Source: Mobula hypostoma (lineage: Eukaryota). From it: 64,000 nucleotides of DNA. A model generated the notes under the pieces. It saw only the letters and a program-made list of their open reading frames with translations. It was not told where the DNA came from and did no database searches. Both the position numbers and the translations under genes were made by a program. The stretch lies in NCBI RefSeq assembly GCF_963921235.1, contig NC_086101.1:29946001-30010000 (forward strand). The letters run 5' to 3'. Shown one piece after another: positions 24,422-36,122 of this stretch (the stretch's first letter is position 1; each line of letters opens with the position of its first letter).

Positions 24422-25335
24422 CTAATTTTGTGACAATCGTCATTTTCCTCCATGGAAACTGTGGTCTGTCAAAATGCATCACGCATTACCTGGTCGGCAT
24501 GGCAGTGGGCGATTTAATGGTCCTAATATTTGAAGTCATTTTGTATGAGATCAAGGAGAGTTATTTTCCATATTCCTTCCTGAATTACACGCCTATTTGC
24601 AGTTTTAATCTGTATTTGTTTTTTGTTTCCATTGATTGGTCTGTTTGGTTAACGGTGGCTTTTACTTTTGACCGATTTATTGCCATTTGTCACCAAAATC
24701 TGAGAACAAAATACTGCACTGAAAAGATCGCGACTGTAGTGGTAGCAGTGGTGTGTTCATTAAGTGTTTTAGAAAATGTTCCATACCATTTCATATATGA
24801 ACCTCGTGAAATAATTGACAATATACCGTGGTCTTGTAACGTAAAAGGAACCTTCTACACTTTACCTATTTGGGCCGCATTTCTGTGGATGGAAACTGTC
24901 CTAACTCCATTTGCACCCTTTGTTTTGATCCTTCTCTTCAATTCATTAACTATCAGGAATATTACACTGGCCAATCGAGTGAGACGTGGACTTCGGGGTA
25001 ACAAAAATGAGGATAATCATCCTGATCCAGAAACGGAGAACCGAAGGAAATCAATAATTTTGCTTCTTGCCATATCTGCTAATTTCATGCTCTTATGGAT
25101 ATTAATTTTGATTTGCTATATATATGTGCAATTTACCAATGCTCAGTTTTTAGCAACCACTTACAACAAACCCTTCACCATTGCAGAACTGTCAGCGTAC
25201 ATGCTGAGGTGTTTGAGCTCCTGCACAAATACTTTTATTTATGCTGTGTCCCAGAAAAGGTTCAGGAACGAATTGCAGAATATGATTACTCGTCCTTTTA
25301 GTTTTATTAGATATGTAGCTAAATGCCAAGTCTAA
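24422..25335 (+). CDS. GPR139/GPR142-like GPCR 1, exon 2 (total 327 aa, 7TM)
   Basis: Acceptor ttttctttgcAG|CT AAT gives VP-A-N. Motifs MAVGDL, SVWLTVAFTFDRFIAIC, TPFAPF, ENRRKSIILLLAIS, CTNTFIY...KRFR. 70+914=984 nt, open to TAA. Confidence 0.92.
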
Positions 25336-25579
25336 AGACGCTTAATTATATGGGATGTGAAGTTGTTCAAGTGACACATCGCACTCGGGAATCTAAAGCG
25401 AAAACGAGAACATGTCAAAATATATCGAATAATATTGAGCACAAAGCACAGGTATCTGAAGTTAGGCCGATGAAATTCCTATTGTTGTTTATACTATGCC
25501 AAATGTAGTAATGGATTAATTGAAAGCACACCGAGAATTTTCGGCAATGATAATGGGTGAGGTAAAATAACAACACTTA

Positions 25580-27560
25580 AAACACTCTTTTAGAAAAACT
25601 GCAAATGCCAGAAATCAGAAATGAGAGTTGGGATCATGTTGCAATCGTACATAACAGTCCTTATATCGCACTTAGAATGTTGGGTACTTGTCTGGTCACC
25701 TCATTTTCAGAATTTCGTGGTGTCTGACTGAAGCTTGTATCAAATATTGCACCTCTGGGATTTCGGGTGCACCCCAAAGACGCCTTTTTATATTTCCAAT
25801 CAGAATGTATTATTATTTGCAAGATTCATGGATGAATTTGGTGAACATGTAGATGCTACGATTAATAATTGTCTAGACGACACAGAAATAGCGGCATGTA
25901 GCAAAGAAGGCTGCCGAGAGTTAGAGCGGAACACTTAAGATACAAACGGGGCTAGATCACTGGCAAACAATTTCATCCAGACAAATAAGAGCCACAAGTC
26001 ACTAAAGGAGGTCGAATTCTGGTTGGATATAGAGAATTCATTGTAGAAAGTCCGGATGTACGCAGAAATAAATAAAAAAACTTCAGTGTGCACGTTTGCC
26101 TAAAAGTGGTAAAGTTGATTAGAATAGTTAAAAATGCATGTTTTTTTCGCCCGGTCATTGAATCAAAGAGTAAGGACTTCATGTTATAGCTTTGCATAAC
26201 ATATTTTAGACCGCACATGAGTATCGTGTGCATTTATTTCGCAACATTACTGAAATTCTGTGGTGCGGCTTTCATGCCTACCGTGTCTTCCTGACAGATT
26301 CGAGCTTAATCACACATAATGAATATGGCTTCTATAAAAATGTATTCATTTAACGTTCAATGAAGAATTTGACCATAATGATTTAAGTTTTGATTTACAC
26401 TTTCAGTAATTTATCCCACGCACACTCTACCGATGCATCAATTATTTCTTTTCGATCGGGAATGTACTATCATGTAGAACTAACGACGACATTATTCCTA
26501 GGAGGTTCTAGTGAACATACAACATGAAGAATATTCTGTAATATCATGCAACATTTTACACAGAACATATTGTACATTACACTACAGGCCTTTCGGCCCA
26601 CGATATTTTGCCGTAATTTAACGTAATCGAGGATCAACCTATTCCTTCCCACACACAAAACACTATTTTTTTCTCTTCTCTGTGTCTAAGAGACACTTAA
26701 AACACCCTAATGCACGCGCCCTTACCTCCACTTTTGACAGCGTGTTCAATACACCGAAAGCTCTATTTAAAGAAAAAACTACCCCGGCATTCCCTGTACT
26801 TTCCTCAAATCACCATCAAATTATGCTTATTATTATTAGTCATTGCTAGATTTGGGAAAAAGCTCAACTCTTCTCTCTGCCTTTCGTCTTATTATTTTAT
26901 ACAGCTCCTTCAAAAAAACGCATATTCCCGTTCGTTACAGATAAACAGCCCTAGCTCTCTCAGCCTTTCCTGATTGCATATGCTAACTGATTCAGGGAAT
27001 GTCTTTATAAGTCTGCTCTACACCCTTCCTTTACTTTCCACATCCTACCGATAATAAGACACTCGGACTTGAACACAGAACTCCAGTGCGGTCTAACTAG
27101 TGATTTATTGGGATGCAAAATTATCTCACTATTCATGAGCACAATCTCCTTACCAATGCACGAAAATGCACCATGTGCCTTATTAACGATCCAATTATCT
27201 TCCACATCAACTTTGAGGTATTTACAGACGTGGAATCCAAGATTTCTCTCTCAACTATGCTACGAATCCTGCCGGAAACCTTGTGGTAACCTTTAACTTC
27301 GATCTCCCAAAGTATATCACTTAATACTTTTCTGGACTGAAATCCATCTGCCTTTTCTCAGAGCAGCTCTGCATCCTACTAATGTTGTGTTTTAACTGCG
27401 ATAACGCTCTACACTATTAAGAAACACCTCCAATATTCGTGTCATCTTCAGACTTACTCACCTGCACATCACTACCTCATTTAAGTCATTTATGAAAAAG
27501 ACGAACAGCAGGTGTCGCAGAGAAAAAAAATCTCTGCAGAACACCCTTAATCACTGAGTT
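25580..27560. mobile_element. Cluster of old CR1 fragments in mixed orientation
   Basis: LVRPHWS..F and NKAHGAFSCIGK in ORF 27005-27205; CR1-like ends at about 26560-26680. Confidence 0.55.
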
Positions 27561-27569
27561 CCAGACAGG

Positions 27570-28150
27570 ATACGTTTGATCTACTATCACGTGTAAAGTG
27601 TTGGTGGTCTTCAAAATGTCAGGTAACATATGCAGAGGAAAATGAACTGTAGGTATGCTAGCCGATACCCATTTTCAGAACGCTTTGTCGAAGCGTTGGC
27701 TCACTTGGAAGGTCTGTTTACCGAGAAACATCGCCTTCTTCTACTGGATCATGCAACTAAACACATCTTTCCCTCCACATTGTGACGGAGAGCGCTCAAG
27801 AAACATACTGCTTCCACACGCGCCTTTACATCACACAAGCATTGCCTTGTCATTCTGCTACCATTGTACTGAATGTACCTACTTCAATATCTTCGCCGGT
27901 ATATTCTCTTAATGCGCTCGGGTTGGTTTTAAAGTGCATTTGCCGCCATACACGACGGAATATTCAATTTATTTGATAATGGGGATGTGTATATGATGTT
28001 TTGTATACTGTCTTTAGGGTAGCTACTTCCGCTTTTTTTTGTAACATAATTGTACTGCATTGTAGGGTGCATCATATTCTAATTCATGTGTACTCTTAAG
28101 CTAATGGTATGGGCAATTAAAAATACCATGTCGTGGTGACCAATAAACAG
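27570..28150 (+). mobile_element. Rex-Babar-type 3' end, degenerate
   Basis: acggagagcgctcaagaaacatactgcttcc resembles Rex 3' coding ends, followed by an AT-rich tail. Confidence 0.4.
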
Positions 28151-28327
28151 AGCTGTTACTGTATTTTCTGATAGATTTCCTTTTGTAAATATTGCCAATG
28201 GTCTTATTACGATTTTCGGCTTTTTCGCTCTACGTTTGATGTGTACCACCTGATAAACAGACTTGCAGAAAAGTTCTGAGCGAGTCCAGCCATTTTCCTT
28301 TGGTCAGATCCCACGTATCTACCATAT

Positions 28328-29130
28328 TGTCGTAATGGGGGACGTTGGGAACGGACCCAAATGCAAGACACAGACACTGAAGTACAAAGAACAGGAACGG
28401 ACAAAACTAAATGACGGAACAGGACGCAGACTAGGAGCAGGACCAGGACGAGGGACTGGGAACAAGGAGCCTGGGCGTGGACTCCGAGCCAGAGACTGGA
28501 CAAGGACCCAGAACCTGGGTCTTGACTCGGGCTCGGACCCCTAAAACAAGGCGAAGATGTGACGAGGCTTGGGTTCTTGGAGGCCAGGCGAAGATGTGAC
28601 TAGGCTTGGGTTCTGGGAGACCAGGTGGAGACGTGACGAGGCTTGGGTTCTTGGAGGCTCAGGTTCTTGGAGACTAGATGAGGACATGACGGGGCAAGGG
28701 TACTTCGAGGCAACTCCTGGGCAGGACGCTGCACTCCAGCCCACGGAGGTAAGGACATGGAGGGATAGACCCAACCGCAGGGTAACGACAAACGCCCTGG
28801 CTTATCCGACGGAGGCAAGGGACAGGAAGGAGGCTAGGTCCGGGGTGGCTCCAAGACTTGAGGTAGCCGGTAATCTCGGCGGGCTACAGAACAGCCAAAT
28901 CCATATCCATATACTAGCCTTCCACAGCTGGGTTGCTTCAAGGGGAGACTGACGAGACGAACCAGCAACCGCACGCCATCCCAGGGCCACTTATATTCCC
29001 AGCCCAAAGATGAGCATCAGATGCGCATGGTTAAGTCCAACAGAAACAAGGGGCAGCTGGAAGACCCTGAGTCTGAAGTCCGCGGACCGGACCGTGTACA
29101 GGAATGCGGGCTTCGGACTGGACAATGACA
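28328..29130. mobile_element. Solo LTR (803 bp)
   Basis: Termini TGTCGT...ATGACA; flanks CATAT (28323-28327) and CGTAT (29131-29135) form a 5-bp TSD with one CpG-type change; no internal domains. Confidence 0.8.
28549..28675. repeat. 37-bp tandem repeat x3 plus a partial copy, inside the solo LTR
   Basis: aggcgaagatgtgacgaggcttgggttcttggaggcc at 28549, 28586 and 28623. Confidence 0.9.
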
Positions 29131-29550
29131 CGTATAGTGGCAGCGGTGGGATGGAAAGTAGCAAAACGTTGCGTTTTATGGAGAGAAGTATGAGATTACG
29201 CTCCCAAGTCAGGTAACGTCCAGGGTTAAAAAAAAAGTAGCCGCTTGGGAAGCTGCGGAGACCTCAGAGGAAAAAACCTTTCGTCCCATGGCCAAACTTA
29301 GGTCCGAAGAAAAAACACCTGCAAGTAGCACTACCTCCGAAACACCTTCGAAAATCTGGTCAGATTTTTTTTGCCTGCCCTGTAGAGAAAAGTTAATGCT
29401 TTTATAATTGAAGTAAAAAGCATGCTGAAGATTATTGGAAAAGGTAAACGCATACATTGTATTTTCTATGTATTACAGTATTTACAATATTTACTCAACA
29501 GTATTTCAGTATTCACTCAAATGCACACATTATATTTTCTATATTTACTA

Positions 29551-30028
29551 TGTAACCACTGCTAGCTGAATAGAGGGTATTCACTATGTAGCCATGACTT
29601 TTGGTCTAATCACTATTAATTCATGAAGAGAACTAGAATGAAACCAACTAGGAAGATAACGGTGGCGAGTAAGGTAATGAAATATGTGGCAGTATGTCAA
29701 AACAAGACCAATTAAGAAATAACTGTGGTTAGGGATGAGGGGACACCTGGTCTAAAAAGTAAACTAGGACATAATTAAATTGGGGAGTAAAACAATAGTG
29801 GAAGGTCGAGAGCGGATGTATTGATGATATGTGATCATAGGCCGTCTGGATATGATAATGTAGCTAAGATAGGAGATTGCTATAAAAAATGCTGTGTAGA
29901 AGCCTCGATGGGCAGTCAGCTACTAGCTTTATGATTGTCTCAGCTTTGAATTGCAAATTAAAGTTTAAAACGTCTTGAAGGATTTTCTGCGTCTCCTTGT
30001 TGTTTGTAAGAAACGAGAAACCACGACA
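29551..30028 (+). mobile_element. Putative LTR of a second ERV-like family
   Basis: TGTAAC...ACGACA ends, TATAAAA at 29881, ATTAAA at 29957; a gag-like relic follows 300 nt downstream. Confidence 0.45.
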
Positions 30029-30329
30029 AGACTAGGGTCAGCAAAGATCTCATCATGATCAGCCCTGAACGTTGCGAAGAAATGTTTCAACAACATCCTT
30101 GAATGCCTGATTGCGATTTTCTGCAGTCCCGCTAGAAGTTCTTCGAATTGCCGGTTATCGATGACCGTTTGATTAATGGACCAACAAAAATGCCTTCCTT
30201 TATTTAATTTTCTGTAATTCTGGGATACATCCCCCTAGACTATCGGAATCCTTCAGTTAAGTATTTGTGACTGGTAACAACAGATTCCATCTTGCAATCT
30301 GCAACTCAGTAATTCTGCTTTGGCTTTTT

Positions 30330-30650
30330 TAAACCAAAGTCACTGCCCAGGTTTTACAGGAGTGGAGAACCCAGGGAGAGATGACCCAGTCTTCTTGAAC
30401 ATGCAGAAAGAAGACTTGAGCTCACCCCTTCAGGGTGTTTTAGAAATAGGTATAGCGGTAGGATAGACCACAGTTGATGGAAGAAGATCCATAGAAAACG
30501 CGAAGGCAGAGTGCACCGAGAGAGCACGACAGCAAGACGTGAATAGTATAGCGGGAACTGTACTTTGTAATAAAGGCATGTTGCTGAATGCAGACGATTA
30601 GTTGTACAGCTCTGCAAAGGAAAACATCTGGGGAAAATAGTTGGGACGGC
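30330..30650 (+). pseudogene. gag capsid relic of a second ERV-like family
   Basis: CPGFTGVENPGRDDPVFLNMQKEDLSSPLQGVLEIGIAVG aligns without gaps to the provirus gag CEEYSGLGNPGRVD*FFLKIMKDGLS*DHRELLDLAITVG (17/40 identical by hand). Confidence 0.6.
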
Positions 30651-30669
30651 TTTCGAGTTACAGCGGAGC

Positions 30670-31260
30670 CAAGAGGTCCTTCTGTACAGGGTCCTGGTGA
30701 GACCACACCTGGAGTACTGTGTGCAGTTTTGGTTTCCAAATTTGAGGAAGGACATTCTTGCTATTGAGGGAGTGCAGCATAGGTTCACAGGGTTAATTCC
30801 CGGGATGGCGGGACTGTCATATGTCGAAAGATTGGAGCGGCTGGGCTTGTATACTCTGGAATTTAGAAGGCTGAGAGGGGATCTTATTGAAACATATAAG
30901 ATTATTAAGGGACTGGACACGCCGGAGGCAGGAAGCATGTTCCCGCTGTTGGTTGAGTCCAGAACCAGAGACCACAGTTTAAGAATAAGGGTTAGGCCAT
31001 TTAGAACGGAGTAGCGGAAAAACTTTTTCACCCAGAGAGTCGTGGATATATGGAATGCTGTGCCCCAGAAGGCTGTGAAGGCCAAGTCTCTGGATCCTTT
31101 CAAGAAAGAGATGGATAGAGCTCTTAAAGATAGCGGAATCAAAGGTTATGGGGATAAGGCAGGAACTGGATACTGATTGTGGATGATCAGCCATGATCGC
31201 AGTGAATGGCGGTACTGGCTCGAAGGGCCAAATGGCCTACTCCTGCACCTATTGTCTATT
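30670..31260 (+). mobile_element. CR1 3' end with (ATTGTCT)n tail
   Basis: RPHLEYCVQFWFPNLRKDILAIEGVQ; same subfamily as 18420-19925 and 43716-44380. Confidence 0.92.
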
Positions 31261-32609
31261 ATCAGTTTCTACAAACGCCATGGCGTGGCGGTCCGAGAAA
31301 GAAAACACATTAGACACGGCTGCACTTTCAGTGGATTGGCCAACGATCGAATGGATAGTTCGGAAGGGAGTGCACGTGGTGAAGTATTTGTAGTCATCCA
31401 AATAGAGACCACACCAATCCTTCCTGTACATAGATGGGGGGTGGGGGGTGCTGGTGGTGTCTGCGAGAATAGTTGTCAAGAGTCGGTCAATCTTTAGCCA
31501 TGACATAGAGTTTGAACTGTTGCCTCTGAGCTTGATACATGAAGAAGTGAGGATAAAGAATGTGATCAAGCTGATGTGGGGTAGCAGAGAAGGAGGAAAC
31601 GAATGACAGAGATGTATTTAAATACTTGGTAAAACTTCTGGAACAATCTCGGTTTCGAATCATGAAGCTAGCCTTTAGGAATGAAATCAGACTTCCGTAA
31701 CGTAACTTCTCCCCACGATACATTCTTCTCCTATCCTCTCTTTTTTTTTCCCGCAATCAGAGACCAATACCTATTGCACACGCCTCGTTTTACGTAATTC
31801 TGGAAAACCTTACACTTTTGCCTCATTCTTAATGCGCAGTCTCGATCCAGAAAGTAAGTGAACGGATTTTGCCTTCATGTATGCTGACTACCCCGCTGAG
31901 CCCTTCCAGTGTTCTGTTTTCCTTTTAGTTGTTGTTGCTGTGTTTCTTATTTTCTTAAGAAGAATTTGCAGCAGAGCCGCTCATGCTGCGGAAGCAAACA
32001 TTTGTAACCTGGTGATAAAGAATCTCATGAGCTTATTGAAAAATGTAAAAGCAGAAGTGCGGTGGTAAATGACGTTAACGTCCTAGAACTGGGCTAGGAT
32101 TTGCTTAGTGGAAGTGTCTTAGACGGGGCAGAATCTCTTTCGGCATGACAGGTATCGTAACAAATGGCAGCGAGAATCGACGCGATCGTTAGTGTCTTAT
32201 CCTGATCATTCCACCCGTCCTGCAATTCCGAGATTATTGTACACAATGTTATCCTCTGTGAGTGAAATGCAATAGAAATAAACACCAGGCAAATAAGGAA
32301 CAGAATTCCGATTGAACAGAAATAGGGGAAGTTATTCGTTTGGCATCCTCGAATATAACCTATATTATAGCCTCATAACTCTTGTTCTATTTATTATAGA
32401 AAATGTTCAGGCATGTTTGCACAATATGTCATGTTAACAATGATCAGAGGTAATAAATGAAGTTTCTATATGTTTGTGTGAATCGTAAATTAATTGTGAT
32501 CTACTTATTCCACCCTAGAGATTTCTTGGAACAATAATTAAGACATAAATGGACGGAAGGAGATTCGTGTTTCTGTTGAAGTAACCTGCCACGCATGTTT
32601 TCTCCGATT

Positions 32610-32679
32610 ATGGGTCTGCCAATAATTGTGCTGATAGAATACATTTACTATCCAATTCTTGCGGTAATTGGCATTCCCG
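32610..32679 (+). CDS. GPR139/GPR142-like GPCR 2, exon 1 (MGLPIIVLIEYIYYPILAVIGIP + G); alternative in-frame ATG at 32595
   Basis: 70 nt, G|GTAAG donor, phase 1; paralogous to GPCR1 exon 1. Confidence 0.88.
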
Positions 32680-32999
32680 GTAAGCCTATATTAGAACAGT
32701 CTGATTATTAAGATATATTGCTATATATTTTTTCATCTAACGGTTAAAGTCGATTTTTTTCAAAATATGTCTGCCAAGATCTAACCTTATTCTTCATATA
32801 AATGAAATGAAATTATCTCACAAGATTTTGCTCTATATGTGATATTAATAAGTAACGCCCATGATATTGGAAAGAGAAACATGTTCGACGTATTTGTTTA
32901 TTTGTGCATCAGATGCTCATTATTGTCATAGTATAGCCTAAATAACACGGACAATTGTAATGTATGAAGAGCTAAAAATTCAAAAAAATGTAATGTCAG

Positions 33000-34158
33000 C
33001 TCAGCTCAAAAGTATCCATTCTCTTTGTTCTGTGCTTAGCTGAAGTGCCTATCGATGTATTACAGCCAGTAGTCCTTTGTACAATGTGATGGAGCAGGGT
33101 TTGCTCAATGTAAAATTGCATAAGCTGCCAGGTTAGTTGGGGAGCGGCGGTGGAAAGCAATCCTAAGGTTTGACAGCGATGTTCGATCGGGTTATGGTTA
33201 GCATTCTGACCGACGACCGGAGGACGTCAATTTTCTTCAATTGAACCCATTCCATGGTTACTCTGACAGTGTTGTTTTGAAACGTTGTCCTGACATAAGT
33301 CGCACTTTCGTCCCAGTTTAAATTTTCTGGCAGAGGATCACAGGTATTGATCCAGGATCTCACTGTATGTTGCTGGCAGTTCTCACTAGATTTCTAGTCC
33401 TTGCTGCTGAAAAGCATTCCCATAGCATGATGCTACTTCTGCCATACTTCATAATACGGCTGGTGTTACCTGGCTAGTTACCTAGACACACACCACATGA
33501 ACTGTTTCGTCCTGAGAACAAAAAGTTCCACTTTAATCTCATTTGATCACAAGACCTTCGTCCTCATCTTTACAGCATCTTCCAAGTGATGCTTTGTAAA
33601 GTTTTTACGGCAAGGATGTATTTCTTTTTTTAGCCTAGGTCTCCTTCTTTGCCACTCGTCTATAATTAGCCCTTAACTGCAAATCGTTAGAAATTGTGGA
33701 ACCATGAGTTTTATCTCCAATTGCAACCATTGACTTTTGCAACTCAGGCAGAGTGAATTTTGGCTTCACAGCCGCCTGTCTTACAAATGCCAATCTTCTC
33801 CGTCGAGTAAGTTTAGAGCGGCGGGCTGACTTAGTCAGAATGATTGTGATTTCCCCTTTTCCCATTCTGTCACAATGGACTTTACTAAGCTCCGAGATAT
33901 ATTCAGTTCCATTCAGTTGGAGCCGAAGAAAGTTAGCTTAATAATTAAAATGGGATGAATACCTTTTCCTGCCTGACAATTTTGGGTTTTACATTTTAAT
34001 AAATTGTTGACAGGGCTTACGAGTTTTGTTTTGATTTGACATGATGCACAACGCATTGTAGATTCGCTCAAAAATCCTGCGATGTATTTTAAGATTAGAA
34101 AATCAGACAGTAAAATGTGAAAATAATTGTGGGGGCTGAAGAATTTTTCAAGGCAGCG
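33000..34158 (-). mobile_element. Tc1-like DNA transposon relic in the GPCR2 intron
   Basis: Broken frames give RRLAFVRQAAVKPKFTLPELQKSM...STIS, SSIMLWECFSAA, QDN and NPIEH. TIR-like end at about 34130-34158 (rc cgctgccttgaaaaattcttcagcccc). Confidence 0.75.
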
Positions 34159-35014
34159 CCGTTCCCAGAGCTTTGCCTTCCCATCCTTACACAGATGAAT
34201 ATCAGAGGTATTTTGTATATGACTATGATTAACTTCCATGTCAAGGATTTTTTTGCTCTTCCTCTAAACTTCTGGCTGAGTTATCATAGCATCTATTGTC
34301 CACAGTGAAATAAATTCATCTATGTGATGACGCATTGCTAAATGCAGTTTCTTTAGTTAAGCTTATTCTATTTACAATGATCCATTGCCGTGATTTGATG
34401 ATTGAATCTGCATGGGTGCATGCAAAACGAAGTTATTTAATTTATAATGGTATATGTGACAATAATTAACTAATTTACTACACAAAATTGCACGACGTGC
34501 ATATATAAATAGAGGCACAATTATAAAAAATAATCGGGTGTGCTTTTCAATATGATTCCCGGAATTTCAAAGCATTCAATCAGTTGTTGAGGAAACCAGC
34601 ATATTCTGTATATACAATTAATTATATGCCTGCTCTGCTGTCAGCACTGATGCACAGGTAAAAATAAATTACCTGTACTTCTTACAAAACATTTTTTCCT
34701 GAATTAATTAGTGCAGCGGAAATGCTGTTGTGTTAATGACAAATGTGCTTATATAGTGAAAGTTATTTCTGTTATATGACGGCTTAATCAAAATCTCTTT
34801 CGACAGCCTACATTTCGTATGTCAAATCCAATAACAGAAATTAGTTTTCGAACCATTTGCACTTTTAATAATTAATCCCATTCCATAATTTTTGAAGACC
34901 ATAATTAGACGCAAGAGAACAAAAAAAATCCTTCCATTGTAACAAAACGCGACCACTCTGCTATTTTCGCAGAAGTTACGTGCTATTAAACGCATTTCCT
35001 TTCTTCTTTTACAG

Positions 35015-35916
35015 CTAATTTGGTGACAGTTTTCATTCTGTCCTCAGGAAAGTGCGGCCTCTCCAGCTGCATTACACTATATCTGCGGTGGATGGCAGTA
35101 GCCGATCTAATGTTCTTAATACTTGGCACATTACATAATCATACTACAATGGTGTATTTTCCATATTCATTCCTCAATTATACTCCTGTCTGCAGTCTTC
35201 ACATCTCCTTCATCTACGTTTCAATTGATTGCTCCGTCTGGCTGACTGTCGCTTTTACGTTTGACCGCTATGTTGCAATTTGTCTCCAGAAGTTCCGAAC
35301 AAAATATTGTTCAAAATCAATTGCATCAACGGTCATAATAGTGCTTTGCGTATTGTGCGCTTTAGAAAATATTCCAACGTACTTTTGCTTTGAGCCTCTG
35401 GATATAATTGACAGAGTTCCGTGGTCTTGTAGTGTAAAATCAGGAGTCTACACTTCCCGCTATTGGTTTACATTCATATTGATAGAAATAATATTTACTC
35501 CATTTTTACCATTTATTTTAATCTTCCTTCTCAATTCTTTGACCGTAAGGATTATTATATTGACGAGTAGAATCAGGAAGAAACTTCGAAAATCCAAGGT
35601 TGATAGTAACCAGACTGAACAGGAGATTGAAAACCGACGGAAATCAATGATTTTATTGATGGCAATATCTGGCAATTTTATTTTGCTGTGGATGGTGACG
35701 TTTGCCTGTTTCATCTGTGCGCTCTTTACCGGAAATAAATTTACAGAAACAAATTACACCAACTCCTTCACCATCGCGGAAAAGGTTGGATACATGCCAA
35801 GGTTTCTGAGTACTTGCACAAACACGTTTATTTACGTGGTATCCCAGCGAAACTTCAGAGAGGAATTGAAGAATATTATTCTGCGTGTATTCTCCCCCGT
35901 TACCAATTTATTTTAA
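35015..35916 (+). CDS. GPR139/GPR142-like GPCR 2, exon 2 (total 323 aa)
   Basis: Acceptor ttcttcttttacAG|CT AAT. Motifs MAVADL, TFDRYVAIC, TPFLPF, ENRRKSMILLMAIS, CTNTFIY. 70+902=972 nt, open to TAA. Confidence 0.92.
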
Positions 35917-36116
35917 TACGTTTTATTACATCCACGCAATACAATGATTTTGCTTTTCATTTGGCTCATGAACTCAAAAAGAAAATTCGGAAAGTATCTC
36001 ATTTTAGTACATGGCATTTGTTTCTAAAAGAGCAGTGGGAGCTTTTAACTTTTTATTGGATATTGTATGGAATATTATATCAAACTGCAGGAAATCCGTG
36101 ACATTACCGAATTTGA

Positions 36117-36122
36117 AATAAA
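36117..36122 (+). promoter_or_regulatory. Candidate polyadenylation signal of GPCR2
   Basis: AATAAA 200 nt after the stop codon; motif only. Confidence 0.3.

Noticed and set aside
28549-28675. Repeat units considered as a CRISPR-like array
   Set aside because: The units are contiguous with no unique spacers, in a eukaryotic LTR context.
28207-29290. A - strand frame of about 80 codons stays open across the solo LTR empty site
   Set aside because: No suitable ATG or splice signals and no motif; this length can occur by chance.
30354-31142. 262-aa - strand ORF, and the similar 43786-44412 ORF
   Set aside because: Antisense readthrough of CR1 3' ends, here running into the gag relic.
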